From: Myxococcales bacterium
GTDB lineage: Bacteria; Myxococcota_A; Polyangia; Polyangiales; DASUME01
Direction of reading: 5' to 3'
DNA: 64,000 nucleotides
NCBI GenBank assembly: GCA_047601445.1
Contig: JASGJH010000001.1
Coordinates: 7,584,001 to 7,648,000 of the forward strand
Of the stretch, positions 38,980 to 51,700 are shown piece by piece (the stretch's first letter is position 1; every line of letters starts with the position of its first letter). Below the pieces are notes generated by a model that was not told the DNA's origin, searched no databases, and was given only the letters and a program-made list of their open reading frames with translations. The translations under genes and the position numbers were made by a program.

Positions 38980-39684
38980 TCAGCGGTAGGTCAACAGCCG
39001 CTTGGGATCGTGCTCGAAGTGCCCGTGCTCGTTGAAGCTGCTCAGGTGCACGCCGCGTGAGCCCACCACGATCTTGGTCACCCCGCAGTTCACCATGGTC
39101 CACAGCATCTTCACGGCGCGCTCGTTGGAGATGCCCAGCATGTGATGCACGATGGCGGTGATGGTGCCTCCGGAGGTGAACACCAGGGCGTTCTGCTTGG
39201 CGTCGAGCGCGTGGGCCACGCGCTCCAGGGCGGCCACGCAGCGCTTGCCGAACACGGGCCAGGGCTCGTCGTAGTCGGCATCGTGGGTGCCCGCGATCCA
39301 GCGCCCCACTGCTTGCGTGAACATCTCCTGGAAGGCCTGACGTGGCTTGAGCGTGGCCGCGAGCTCGGCAGCCATCACCAGCTTGTTCTCGTAGCGCGGC
39401 TTGAAGCGCGCGATCAGCTGCTCGTGGTCGTACTCGTCGAAGCCCTTGTCTTCGAGCGGCGAGAGCGAGATGCCGCGGCCGGCGTGCATCATCTCGAGGC
39501 AGCCCTGGGCGGTTTGCCGGTGGCGCTGCATGGTGCCCACGTAGGCGCGGTGAACCTCGGGCACGCGCGGACGCAGCGCGGCGCCGAGGATCTTGGCCTG
39601 CTCCAACCCGAGCTCCGAGAGCTCGTCGTAGTTGCTGCGCCCGAACGAGGCCTGGCCGTGGCGAATCAGGTAGATCGCGCTCAC
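38980..39684 (-). CDS. Histidine phosphatase family protein
   Basis: IRHGQASFG..YD.LS; FTSGG; SFNEHGH. Confidence 0.9.
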   Translation of the reverse strand: MSAIYLIRHGQASFGRSNYDELSELGLEQAKILGAALRPRVPEVHRAYVGTMQRHRQTAQGCLEMMHAGRGISLSPLEDKGFDEYDHEQLIARFKPRYENKLVMAAELAATLKPRQAFQEMFTQAVGRWIAGTHDADYDEPWPVFGKRCVAALERVAHALDAKQNALVFTSGGTITAIVHHMLGISNERAVKMLWTMVNCGVTKIVVGSRGVHLSSFNEHGHFEHDPKRLLTYR

Positions 39685-40774
39685 AGCTTGCTCCTCAAGA
39701 TGAGGTACCGGCAGCGCAGGTCGAAGTAGCTGATCATGAGCCAGTAGTTCTTGAAGGTGGGGTTCGAGGTCTGCTTGTGGTGATAGCGGTAGTAAATCTG
39801 CTGCGCGATCACGGCCAGACGGAACAACCCGAACACCTCGTAGAACGTCCAGTTGCGCGGCGTGAGACCCGAGCGACTCAAGTAATAGTCCACCACCTCG
39901 CGCCGCGTGAACATGCCCGGCAAGTGCGAGGGTTGGCGCCCCACCATCTTGAACAGCGGGTCGTCGTTGGCTTGCACCCAGTAGGCCAGGCTGCCGCCGA
40001 GATCCATCAGCGGATCTCCGAGCGTGGCCATCTCCCAGTCGAGCACGCCGATGATGCGCGTGCGCTGGTTGGGATCGAGCACCACGTTGTCGAGTCGGAA
40101 GTCGTTGTGAATGACGCAGGTGGTCACGTCGTTCGGCGTGTGCTCGCGCAGCCAGTCACACACGTAGCGGAAGCTCGGCACGTTCCAGGTGCGCGCCTTC
40201 TGGTAACGATCCGTCCAGCCCTCCACCTGGCGCTTGCAGTAGCCCGCGCCCTTGCCGAGCGAGGCCAATCCGGCGGCCTGGTAGTCCACCTTGTGCAGCT
40301 CGAGCAGCTTGTCGAGCACGTTGCGACACAGCTCGCGGTTCTCGGCCGGTGTCAGGCCGAAGCCCCTGTGCATCTTGGCGCGCGGGATGATGCCCTCGAG
40401 GCGCTCCATCACGTAGAACTCGGCGCCCAACACCGACTCGTCCTGGCACAGGCCGATCATCTCGGGCACCGCAGAAAAGTAGGGTTTGAGGGCCTTTTGC
40501 ACGCGGTACTCGCGGCCCATGTCGTGAGCCGACTTGGCCTTGGTGCCCGCGGGGGGCCGCCGCAAGATGAAGTCGCGCGCGGGATACTTGAGCCGGTAGG
40601 TCCAGTTGGAGGCGCCGCCCGAGTACTGTGTGATCTCGGGGCTGCCCACGAGGTCAGGCACCTGCTGCTTGAGCCAGGTATCTACTTTGGCCACGTCGAG
40701 CTCTTCGCCCGAGCGCACGCGGCCTGCCACATCGATCAATCCTGCTTCTGACATCGTGCCTCGAACTTCGCCGT

Positions 40775-40778
<4 letters not shown>
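39681..40778 (-). CDS. Phosphotransferase (APH/ACAD10-11 N-terminal-like)
   Basis: GGASNWTY, LRRPP, AHDMGRE, HNDFRLDN, LDWEM. Confidence 0.92.
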
Positions 40779-42007
<1,229 letters not shown>

Positions 42008-42111
42008 GGCGGGCACTCTAGTGGAGGGACGCCCGAAAAGTCACTGAAGGTTGTGCATGCTCGGGTATGCAGCGGGCGAATGGGTGGGCGTCAGCGGGGA
42101 GGGGCGTCCAC

Positions 42112-42264
42112 GCTCACGCACGCCGTCGCCGTTCAGGTCAAAGTCCAAGTCCACCACCACGCTCACGGCCAGCACCCGCCGCTTTTGGCAAAGGACGACC
42201 TGCGTTGACATGGACTTGGTCGGCGACGGCGACTTTGACCTAAACGGCGACGGTGTGCGTGAGC
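42112..42264. repeat. Intergenic element with 34-bp imperfect inverted repeats
   Basis: gctcacgcacgccgtcgccgttcaggtcaaagtc (42112-42145) versus gactttgacctaaacggcgacggtgtgcgtgagc (42231-42264): two mismatches. Confidence 0.8.
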
Positions 42265-42316
42265 AACCAACGGATGACGGCCACGTCACGTCCACCAACC
42301 AACGCCCCAGGCGACC

Positions 42317-43495
42317 TCACGCCTTGGCAGTGCTCGTGCCGCCCGGGAACGTCAGGCGCCAGATGGTCCAGGTGGTCGTGCCGAACTGACGCGTGAGCGA
42401 GCCGGTGTTGTAGGGAAGCTTGTAGCGCGCGGCCAAGGCGCGCACGCGCGGGGCGACCTCGGGATAGCGGTTGCTCGGCATGTCCGGGAAGATGTGGTGC
42501 TCGATCTGGTGGCTCAGATTGCCCGAGAGGATGTGGAAGAGCTTGCCGCCGCCGATGTTGCAGCTGCCCATCAGCTGACGCACGTACCAGCGCGCGCGGG
42601 TCTCGCCTTCCACCTCTTCTTGAGTGAAGTGGTGCACGCCGGCCGGGAAGTGCCCGCAGAAGATGATCATGTTCGACCACACGTTGCGGATGAGATTCGC
42701 CAGCATGCTGCCAGCGAGCAAGAGCGAGAAGGCGATGACGACGCTCTTCACGGGCTCGAGGCCGTGGTCGAGGATCACCGGTAAGGCTGCCAACGTGCCG
42801 AGCAAGGGCCACAGGATGTAGTCCTTGAGCACCTGGCGCGACGCCTTCCAGGCCACGCGTCGCAGCATCGGGATCACCGACTGGAAGGTCTTCTCACCGG
42901 ACATCAGCTTCTCGGGCTCGAGATCGTGCAGGGCCACGCCCCACTCGAACAAGACCATGAGCAAGAAGTTGTTGAGCGGCTGCCCGAGGTATTGCCAGCC
43001 CCATTTCTGTTCGGGAGTCACGCGCAACACGCCGTAGCCAACGTCCGGGTCCTTGCCGATCACGTTGGTCCAGGTGTGGTGCACCACGTTGTGTGAGTGC
43101 TTCCACTGATCCGAGGGGCACACGGTGTCCCATTCCCAGGTGTTCGACTGGATGTTCGGGTCACGCATCCAGTCCCACTGGGCGTGCATCACGTTGTGGC
43201 CGATCTCCATGTTCTCGATGATCTTGGCGACGCCGAGCAGGCTGCAGCCGAGGACCATCACGCCCAAAAACAGGGCCCAGCTCGCGCTCGGAAGCCCCAG
43301 GCCAGGCCACAGGAAGATGCTGGCCAGCATCACCAGGCGTCCGCCCAGCGCCATGCTGCGCTGCGTGCGGATCAACTTCACGATGTATTCGCGGTCCTGT
43401 TCGCCGCGTGAGTTCATGACTTCGTTGCGGATGTCGTCGAGCTCTTTACCGAACTCCTCGATCTCGGCGTCAGTCAGGTGCTTGGGTAGACCCAT
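42317..43495 (-). CDS. Acyl-CoA (membrane fatty acid) desaturase, DesA3-like
   Basis: His boxes GHNVMH, HNVVHH, HQIEHH. Confidence 0.93.
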   Translation of the reverse strand: MGLPKHLTDAEIEEFGKELDDIRNEVMNSRGEQDREYIVKLIRTQRSMALGGRLVMLASIFLWPGLGLPSASWALFLGVMVLGCSLLGVAKIIENMEIGHNVMHAQWDWMRDPNIQSNTWEWDTVCPSDQWKHSHNVVHHTWTNVIGKDPDVGYGVLRVTPEQKWGWQYLGQPLNNFLLMVLFEWGVALHDLEPEKLMSGEKTFQSVIPMLRRVAWKASRQVLKDYILWPLLGTLAALPVILDHGLEPVKSVVIAFSLLLAGSMLANLIRNVWSNMIIFCGHFPAGVHHFTQEEVEGETRARWYVRQLMGSCNIGGGKLFHILSGNLSHQIEHHIFPDMPSNRYPEVAPRVRALAARYKLPYNTGSLTRQFGTTTWTIWRLTFPGGTSTAKA

Positions 43496-43509
43496 GATGT
43501 TCTCCCTCT

Positions 43510-44721
43510 TCAGACTTCGATCTCGGCGTCGCCCGCGGCGGCCGAGACACAGATTTGGATGGTTTGGCCGGCCTCGTTGAGCAGCGCGTTGGTGCGCAGG
43601 TCGCGCACGCAGCCGGACTTGAGCGTGACGTCGCAGCCGTGACAGATGCCCATGCGACAGCCATGAGCAGGGTTGAGACCGTTGTCCTCGGCCAATCGGA
43701 GCAAGTTGGTGATGCCGTTGGAGCGGGCCTTTACACCGCTCTTGGTGAAGGTCACTTCGCCTTCGGTGATTTCACTCGGCGCCTTGGCGATGGCCGCCAG
43801 GAAGCGCTCGGTGTGCAGCTTGGAGCTCAGGCCCGCCTCGGCCCAGTGGGACTCGACCGCGTCGAGCAGACCCTGGGGACCGCAGGCGTAGACCTCGCGT
43901 GAGCGCCAGTCCGGGCACATGGTCTCGAGCTGGCTCGCGCTGAAGTGCCGTGTGTGACGGGTCTTGGCGTCGGGCTGCTCACCTGGTTCGCGGGTGTAGA
44001 TCAGGTGCAGCTTGTAGCGCGGGTGCGCGAGCGCGAGCTCCTTGAGCTCGTTACCGAAGATCACGTCGTAGGCGTGCGGGGCGTAGTGGATGTGCGTCAC
44101 CCGTGGCAGGCGCTCGCGCAGTACCATGCTGCGCAGCATGCTCATGATCGGCGTGATGCCGCTGCCCGCGCTGATGAAGAGCGGCTCGACGGGCACCGCG
44201 TCGGGCATCACGAAGTCGCCCTGGGGCACGCCGATGGGCAAGTAATCGCCCACCTTGATCTGGCGCACCAAGTGGTGCGACATGCGGCCGCCCGCGATGG
44301 CTTTCACCGTGATGGTGATGCATTCGTCGGCGCGCTCGGGCGCGGAGCTGATGGAGTAGGTGCGCGTGTACTGCATGCCGCCGATGGGCACGCCCACGCG
44401 CATGTGCTGGCCCGCGCGGTGGGCTCGCCAGTTGCGGCCGGGCTTGAGCGTCAGGGTGCGGGCATCGGCTGTTTCGTCCCAGACGCTCTCTACGCGCGCT
44501 TGCAGCGCATGAGTGGTCCACAGGGGATTGACGAGCTCGAGATAGTGTGAGGTGCGCAGGGGCCAGGCGAGGGCATCGGTGAGGGCGCCGGTCGCCCGGC
44601 CGAGAAGTCCAAAGAAGCTCGTGTCCTGCCGCATGCCTTCTCCGTGTGGGTCGCCTTCCGGGCCAGTCGAGGCGTGAGGGGCCTCGTCGTAGGGCGATGG
44701 GGAGATTCTCGCATTATTCAT
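43510..44721 (-). CDS. NAD(P)H:ferredoxin reductase partner of the desaturase (FNR plus 2Fe-2S)
   Basis: RTYSISS, AGSGITP, ACGP, CRMGICHGC..C. Confidence 0.92.
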   Translation of the reverse strand: MNNARISPSPYDEAPHASTGPEGDPHGEGMRQDTSFFGLLGRATGALTDALAWPLRTSHYLELVNPLWTTHALQARVESVWDETADARTLTLKPGRNWRAHRAGQHMRVGVPIGGMQYTRTYSISSAPERADECITITVKAIAGGRMSHHLVRQIKVGDYLPIGVPQGDFVMPDAVPVEPLFISAGSGITPIMSMLRSMVLRERLPRVTHIHYAPHAYDVIFGNELKELALAHPRYKLHLIYTREPGEQPDAKTRHTRHFSASQLETMCPDWRSREVYACGPQGLLDAVESHWAEAGLSSKLHTERFLAAIAKAPSEITEGEVTFTKSGVKARSNGITNLLRLAEDNGLNPAHGCRMGICHGCDVTLKSGCVRDLRTNALLNEAGQTIQICVSAAAGDAEIEV

Positions 44722-46333
44722 GGGTCACCTGGCTAGCTTCCGGTCGTGCGGCGAGTGCCGAGAGGACCACGGGGAGCACGCGGGCCGTGGCGCTCACATC
44801 CGGCCGGTAGTGGACGAACAGCCCAGACAGGGTGCCGAACACACGGCCCAGCATCACGAACTCCTCGGGCAGTTTCACGATGGGGTCACTGTCGATGAAG
44901 CGGCCGAACTCTGCGATGCGGCTCACCATCTCCATCTGGCTGCAGAAACCCCCGTTTTCACCCTTTACCAGGGCCATTTGCTCGAGCGCGTTCTTGGCGT
45001 AGCTCTCGAGTCCGGCGCGGGTCCCGCTCTGCGTCTGGAAGCCCATCGCTTCCATGGCGGCTCCCATGCCTCGGATGTCCTTGCAGACCGTGGCCCGCAA
45101 CAGCCCAAGCAGGTTTGTGCGCTGCGTCATGTCGAGCTCCTTGGCGCAGCCGAAGTCGAGCACCGTGAGGTTGCCGGACGCGTCGGCCAGGAGGTTGCCC
45201 GGGTGCGGGTCGGCCTGGAACACGCCGGCTTCCAACACCTGGCGGGCGTAGGCCTCGAGCACGCGGGCCAGCAGCTCGGTCAGTGTGACCTGGGCGCCGG
45301 GCTCGCCGGCTTCGCGGGCTTGCTGCAGGCGGTCGAGCACGTTGGTGACCTTTTCACCGGGCATGAAAGCCGTGACCAGCACGCGCTTGGTGGAGAGCTC
45401 GGAGACGACGGCCGGCACGTGGATGTGCGGGTTGTGCGCGAAGAAGGCCGAGAGCTTGGCAGTGAGCTCCGCTTCGCGTGTGTAGTCGAGCTCGGCGGTG
45501 ATCATGGCGCGGGTCTCGCGGATGATGGTGTCGAAGTCGAGGGGCGGCAGGCCCTGGGCCAGGGCGCGCACGAAGACTTCGAGCAGCTCCATGTCGAGCT
45601 GCACCAGGGACTCGATGTTGGGGCGCTGCACCTTCACGGCGACCTTGCGGCCGTCGAGCAGCGTGGCGCGATGGACCTGGCCGATGCTGGCTGCGGCCAC
45701 TGGGGTCTCCTCGAACTCCGCGAAGATCTCGTTGAGCGGACGCCCGAGCTCGCGCGTGAGGGCCTTCTCGATCTCGCGGAAGGGCACGGCGGGGGCGGCG
45801 TCCTGCAGCTTGCCGAGTTCGCGCACGTAGGCCTCGGGGATGAGGTCGGGGCGCGAGGAGAGCATTTGTCCGAGCTTCAAGAAGGCGCCACCGTGGCGCA
45901 CCGAGAGCACGTAGAGGCGATGGGCGGAGTCCTGGTGGAGCTCTTCGCGGGAGCGGGCGGCTCGGCGCTGGGACATGAAGGCGGCCTTGGTGGTGTGCAG
46001 GCGGTAGGCGGTGCCCACGCGGCCGAGCACCAGGCCGGTCGAGGTGAGCCGACCGAGACGGGCGGGCCACTGGGAGAGTTCGTCGGTGAAGGACTTGATG
46101 GGAGAGACGCCGCCTCGGCCGCTGGACTGGCCCGAGCCGAAGCCGGGCAAGCCCTGGACGGCGGTCTTGGCGGTCTCACCGAGCTCGCGCACCTGGAAGG
46201 CGGTCTCTTCGATGGCCACCAGGAGGGCGTCGATGGTGCGAAGCCAGAGCTTGATTTGAGCGCGCACGTCGGCGCTGGAGCCGGCGGCGGAGGAGGCGGC
46301 GCGGCTGAAAGTCTGGGAGCTGGTCTGGTTCAT
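44714..46333 (-). CDS. AarF/UbiB/ABC1 atypical kinase
   Basis: KLGQMLSSRPD, AAASIGQVH, VAVKVQRP, ADPHPGN, LDFG. Confidence 0.93.
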   Translation of the reverse strand: MNQTSSQTFSRAASSAAGSSADVRAQIKLWLRTIDALLVAIEETAFQVRELGETAKTAVQGLPGFGSGQSSGRGGVSPIKSFTDELSQWPARLGRLTSTGLVLGRVGTAYRLHTTKAAFMSQRRAARSREELHQDSAHRLYVLSVRHGGAFLKLGQMLSSRPDLIPEAYVRELGKLQDAAPAVPFREIEKALTRELGRPLNEIFAEFEETPVAAASIGQVHRATLLDGRKVAVKVQRPNIESLVQLDMELLEVFVRALAQGLPPLDFDTIIRETRAMITAELDYTREAELTAKLSAFFAHNPHIHVPAVVSELSTKRVLVTAFMPGEKVTNVLDRLQQAREAGEPGAQVTLTELLARVLEAYARQVLEAGVFQADPHPGNLLADASGNLTVLDFGCAKELDMTQRTNLLGLLRATVCKDIRGMGAAMEAMGFQTQSGTRAGLESYAKNALEQMALVKGENGGFCSQMEMVSRIAEFGRFIDSDPIVKLPEEFVMLGRVFGTLSGLFVHYRPDVSATARVLPVVLSALAARPEASQVTHE

Positions 46334-46375
46334 GGATGACTCCGAGGTGCCGTTCAAAAGCAGCACCGAGTGATG

Positions 46376-46423
46376 AGTCATTTATGACTGTGACAGTAAT
46401 TGGTGTCAAGGTGTTTGGTGTCA
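46376..46423 (-). promoter_or_regulatory. Promoter/operator of the aarF-reductase-desaturase operon
   Basis: TTGACA at 46409-46404; palindromes AGTCAT-TT-ATGACT (46376-46389) and TGACA-N8-TGTCA (46391-46408); direct repeat ttggtgtca x2. Confidence 0.55.
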
Positions 46424-46428
46424 TGGTC

Positions 46429-46571
46429 GCCGGGGACGGTTTTCGCTTTTTCGTTTTTGGGCTCCGCGGCTCGCCAAATTTCTTTGTCTTTTCGTGACAA
46501 ACGCGAAAAGCAAAGCCGTCCCGGGGGTTCCCCGAGAGCGCGAAAGCGAAAAAGCGAAAACCGTCCCCGGC
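46429..46571. repeat. 143-bp MITE/REPIN-like element with perfect 25-bp terminal inverted repeats
   Basis: gccggggacggttttcgctttttcg (46429-46453) and cgaaaaagcgaaaaccgtccccggc (46547-46571); additional internal hairpin. Confidence 0.8.
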
Positions 46572-46574
46572 CCG

Positions 46575-47481
46575 CTACAGGGCCCGGGCGAGCCTCAGGA
46601 CTTGCTCGCGTAGCCACTTGTTGGCTGGGTCGTTCTCGAGCGCGGCGTGCCAGTACATGTGGATGGCCAAGCCCGGCGCCTCGGCCGGGAAGGGCAGGAG
46701 CACGTTCTCGAAACTCGTGTTGAGCGCCTTGGCCAGGCGCTCGGGCATGGTGAGCAAGAGGTCCGATGCCTTCACCACCTGACAGGCTGCGTGATAGTTC
46801 TGGCAGCGCAGCGTGACCTTGCGTCGCGCGCCCGTGGGCCGCAGCACCATGTCTTCGAGCGCGGGGCCCTTGCGTCGCGACGAGACCACCACGTGGGTCT
46901 GCGCGAGATACTTGGCTAGGTCGAAGCCCTTGATGGCCGGATGTCGCTTGCGCGCCATCACCACCAGACGCTCCGTGTCGGCCACCTGCTGATGTCGAAT
47001 GGCCGAGCTCACCACCACGGGGATTCTCGATCGCCAGGTCGAGCGCCCCGCTGATCAGCTCGGTCTCGAGCTCATGCCGCGCCACACGCGCACTCACCAG
47101 CTGCAGCTGTCCTGCGTCGCCCTGCAGCTCCTCCACCAAGTGCGGCAACCACACCGTCTCCAGCGCGTCGCGTAGCCCGACCACGAAGCGCCGCGAGCTG
47201 TGCTTGGGCTCGAAGCTCTGGGCCGGAAACAAGCTGTGCTCCAGGCTCGTCAGGGCCTCCCGTACCGGCCCGATCAGCGTGCGTGCGAAGGGCGTCGGCA
47301 CCATCAAGCGCCCGTTGCGCGCGAACAAGGGATCCTGGAACAGCTCGCGCAAGCGCGATAGCGCGTGGCTCAGGGCCGGCTGCGTGAGCCCGAGTTTTTC
47401 GGCCGCGCGCGTGAGGTTCTGCTCCCGATGGATGGCCTCGAACACCACCAGCAAGTTCAGATCGATCTGGCGCAGCTTCAT
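46575..47481 (-). CDS. LysR family transcriptional regulator; frameshift at ~47024
   Basis: DLNLLVVF..NLTRAA..LTQPALSHAL; removing one base joins it to ORF 46575..47018 (DLAIEIPVVVSS). Confidence 0.9.
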
Positions 47482-47490
47482 CCGGCTGGC

Positions 47491-48105
47491 TCAGCCGGAC
47501 AGCGTGTCGATCATCTCGATGGCAATCGGCGCCGACCAGTCGCGTCCGCCGTCCACGCGCGCGCGGATGACGCCCTTGGGATCCACGACCCAGGTCTCGG
47601 GGTACAGGCGCGTGCCGAACTTGTCGCGAATCACGGCGCGCTCCGGGTCGAACAGGACCTTGAGCTTGGAGTCCGGCTGGAACAGCGAGCGAATCTCGTC
47701 CCAGTTGCGGTCGGTGGTAATGGCCACCACCTCCAGGTCCGGCCGCTCCGCGGCGATCAACGCCAGCTGTTCGAGCGAGGGCATCTCTTCGACGCACGGT
47801 TTACAAGTGACGGTCCAAAAGTTCATCACCACGGTCTTGCCGCGCTGATCCTGGAGCCGCCACGGCTTGCCGTGCTGGTCGTAAAGCGTGAAGTCGGGCG
47901 CCAGGCGATCGTTGCCCAAGTAGTGCAGCTTGGGTTTCTCGCCGTCGCGGTAGGCCTGGAAGACCTCGTCGCCCAACATGGCCCGCACCGGCAACTCACG
48001 TCGGCGTACTTCGCCTTCGGAGAAGCCCTGCACCATCATGAAGGCGAAGGGGGCGCCCAGGAGGAAGGCGATCAGGGCTGCTGTCTTGTCCGCGTTGACG
48101 TTCAT
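47491..48105 (-). CDS. TlpA/ResA-like thiol-disulfide reductase
   Basis: APDFTL, NFWTVTCKPCVEEMP, YPET. Confidence 0.9.
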   Translation of the reverse strand: MNVNADKTAALIAFLLGAPFAFMMVQGFSEGEVRRRELPVRAMLGDEVFQAYRDGEKPKLHYLGNDRLAPDFTLYDQHGKPWRLQDQRGKTVVMNFWTVTCKPCVEEMPSLEQLALIAAERPDLEVVAITTDRNWDEIRSLFQPDSKLKVLFDPERAVIRDKFGTRLYPETWVVDPKGVIRARVDGGRDWSAPIAIEMIDTLSG

Positions 48106-48594
48106 GATGTTCGGGGCGAGAAGTGTAGTGGATCCGCGACGCGCGGGGGGTGCACTCGCACCGAGCCCTGTCGCACGTAGGGCCCCTCGGCGTCTTCCTC
48201 GAGCAGGTCTCCCAGCTGCACGGCCGCGTGGCTGTCGAAACGAGCCGGCTCTCCGCCGAGCACTGTGCAGTACAGCGCCGCGTCGGGACCTTCACGCAGG
48301 CTGTGTACATCCAGCGTGACTTCACGGTCGTTCGAGAGCAGCAGCTCGGCCTGACCACCGCTCACCCGCACGGAGCGCACGAAGTAGGGGGCGCCCTCCA
48401 GGCTGAAATAGGCCCAATTCGACGTCGTTTTTGAGGCAGTAGCGCCCATCTTCAGCGCGCTCGATCCAGCGGTCGAAGGCACGCGCCAGCTTCGGGTTGT
48501 CGATGGCGTCCCCATCCACGAACCACTTGCCGTCCGCTCGCCGGCGGATGGTCGTTTCGCGCGAGAGTCCAAATGGAAAGCTCGTCGGTTCCAT
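48102..48594 (-). CDS. DUF1285-like protein; frameshift at ~48420
   Basis: RETTIRRRADGKWF..DNPKL joined to NWAYFSLEGAPYFVR..LYC..ARF. Confidence 0.7.
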
Positions 48595-48723
48595 GCGGTA
48601 AGTCTTGCAGGGACCATGTGGGGCGCCAGCCCGTGTTCGCGACGCTTCGAGTGAGCGATTCAGCGACGGAAAACGTCTGGCCCGAGAGCGATGCATGGTA
48701 GGAGTGTCGAACCGGGTCCATCG

Positions 48724-51700
48724 ATGTCGGCGAAGCCCTCACGCAGCTTATCCAAGTGGCGGATTCTGCTCGTCTTTTTGCTGACGGTGGGCACGGCTGC
48801 GTGGGCCCTTACAAAGCAGCCGTGGGCCCGCGCACAGCTCGACCGTGAGCTGTCTCTGGCGCTGCGTCGCGAGCTCGGTCTGGAGGCCAGCATTGGCCAG
48901 GTGCGCTTCGAGCTTCCGCTGCGCTTGGTGGCCGACGCCATCGAGCTGCGGCATCCGGAAAAAGGCCTGCTCGCTAGCGCTGAACGGCTCGAGGTCGCGC
49001 CCTCGCTGATGGCGTTGGCCCGGGGCAAGGTCGAGATCAAGCGCGTGACCATCGAGGGCGCGGTGGTTCGCCTGCGCATCGAAGACGGCCAGATCGTGAA
49101 CCTGCCGGTCTTGCCCTCGGTGGCCAAGAAGAGCTCGAAGAAGCCGGAGAAGCTGCCGCTCGAGGAGTTCGTGGTGCGGCGCGCCAGCTTGCACGTCGAC
49201 GGCGAGCCCAAGTTCGCTGGCACCCTCTCCGACGTGTTGATCCAGCTCAAGGTGCTGGGGGCCGAGGAGCTCAGCCTCGAGTTGAGCGCGGGCGCCGGCA
49301 AGTTCGAACACCCAGGTGGTCGCGAGACGGTGGAGCGGCTGCGCGTGGCGGCCGAGTTGGCCGATGGTCGCATCGAGCTCGACCACTTGGTGCTGGTCAG
49401 CTCGCTGCTCACGGTACGAGCCAAGAACGCTGGCCTGGCGTGGCCCTTCGATGCACAAGAGAGCTTCGGAGGCGATCTCGACGAGCTCTCGATCGACCTC
49501 GCCAAGCTGGCCGGATTGCCTCACGGCATCCACTTCCCGCCGGTGAAGGGCAAGCTCTCCATGAAGGGCAAGGCCGCGGGCACGGCCAAGAACTTCAAGG
49601 CCATCGGTGAGGTGCGCGGCGACCCGGTGCTCGACGGCTTCGGCTTCGGACAGCTGGAGCTCAGGGTAGAGGTCACGCCAGAGCAGGTTCGAATCCTGCC
49701 AGGAAGCCTCGGGCGCATCGTGCAGGACGGCGGCGTGGTCGGGCTCGAGGGCAAGCTCGGCTTCGGTCCCGGTCTGCCCATCGAGGTCAAGACCGACATC
49801 AAACACATCGACTTCCACAAGTTGATGGCGCAGCTCGACGTGACCCAGGACTGCCTGGTGAACTGGGTGTTGCGCGGTGGCTTCAAGCTGAGCGGCACCA
49901 TCGTGCCGGTCGCCATCTCCGGGCCGATCTGGGCCGAGCACCTCAGCTTCCGCACGCTCACCAAGGGCTGGCGTGATCCCACCTCCGAGGAGGTCATCGG
50001 TACGCCGCCTGGTCGCGTCTCCGGTCGCGTGGTGATCCGCCCTGATGCGCTGCGTTTCGAGAACCTCAGTGGCCACCTGCCGCACTCGGACATGCTGGTG
50101 ACCGTCCACGTGGGCTTCGATCGCAAGTTCGGGCTCACCGCGCGCAGCAGCAACCTCGACCTGCGCGACACCACGGGCCTGCTGGGCATGGGCCTCGCCG
50201 GCCACGGCAGCTTCAGCCTCGACGTGGGCGGGACCTACGACAACACCACGCTTACCGGCACGCTCGACCTCGAGGACTTCGCCCTCGACGGCTATCGCAT
50301 CGGCCACCTCAAGACACGCGCCGCCCTTGAGAAGGAAGGTCTGGCGGTACACTTCGTGGACACCGCCGTGCAGAAGGGGGAGTCCCACTATCGCGTGGAA
50401 GATTTGTTGCTGGACTTCAGCCAGGCCTTCTCCGTGGACGCCAAGGGCACCCTCGACAAGCTCGCGCTGGCCGACTTCTATCACACGTTCCTGATCGACA
50501 CCGACCCCGACTTCGCGCCCTACCAAGGGCACGTCAAGGGCAGCGCGAGCGTGCGCTACACACTGGGATTCCCCGGCGACTCCGCGAGTGGCACCTTCAC
50601 GCTGGACACCGACCTCGACGTGCTCGACACCAAGGTCCACGGCGTGGCCTTCAAGGGCGGCAAGCTCGAGGGGCGCTGGTTGTGGCGCGATATCTCGCAG
50701 GGCACGCGCGGTGCGCGCCTCGAGTTGGCCGAGCTCTCGTTGCTCAAGGACGGCGGCTCGGTGGTGGCGCGCGGCACCATGGACTACGGCGCCAAGCTCG
50801 GCTTCACGGTGTTCGCCGAGGAGCTGCCGCTCGGGCAAATCGACCCCATCCGCAAGCAGGGCATCGAGCTCACGGGCGAAGTCGGCGCGGTGGGCACGGT
50901 GCGCGGCACGCTGCAGCTGCCCGAGGCCAAGCTCGACATCGAGACCGTGGGCGTGCAGGTGGAGAAGCGCACGCTCGGAGACGGTCATTTCGGTCTGTAC
51001 GTGAGTCATCGCGACGACCCCTGGGCCAAGCGCGCGCTCTCGCCGCTGCCGGAGAGCGAACCTTGCCCCAAGGCCCGCGCCGCGCTCGCCAACGCTGACT
51101 GGCCTGGCACCAGCGGACCCCAGGGCAGCCTGCCGCCGCAGGCCTTGCTGCTCTGCGGCGAGATGTACGGCGACCGCATCGATCTCGACCTGGCGCTCGG
51201 ACTCACGGGCAGCGTACCCGCGCGCGGCGAGGTGTCTTTCGCGCACCTCTCGCCGGCGCTCATCTGGCCTACACGGCGCGGCAACGACGTGCCGCTCTCT
51301 GGCAATCTGGACGGCGAAATCGAGCTCACCGGCGGCTTCTTGTCGGACCTCGACACGCTGCGGGGGCGCGTGGAGATCACCAGCCTCCGCATCGGCCAGG
51401 ATCGCGCCATGCTCACCAGCGACGGTCCGGTGAAGATCGCGCTCACCGGACGCGGTGCGAGTGTGGAGCGCGCGAATTTCGGCGGCGCCGGCACCAAGAT
51501 TCAGATCACGGGTGGCGCTTCCGTGGCCCAGGGCCTGGCAGCCAACGTGCAAGGCCAGCTCGACCTGCGCGTGCTGCCAACCTTCGTACCCACCATCGCG
51601 CGCTCCACGGGATTGCTCGAGGTGGGCGTCAAGCTGACCGGCAATCCCGGCGAGCCATCGGTCTTCGGTCGGGCCTCCTTGCGTGACGGGTCGCTGGTGT

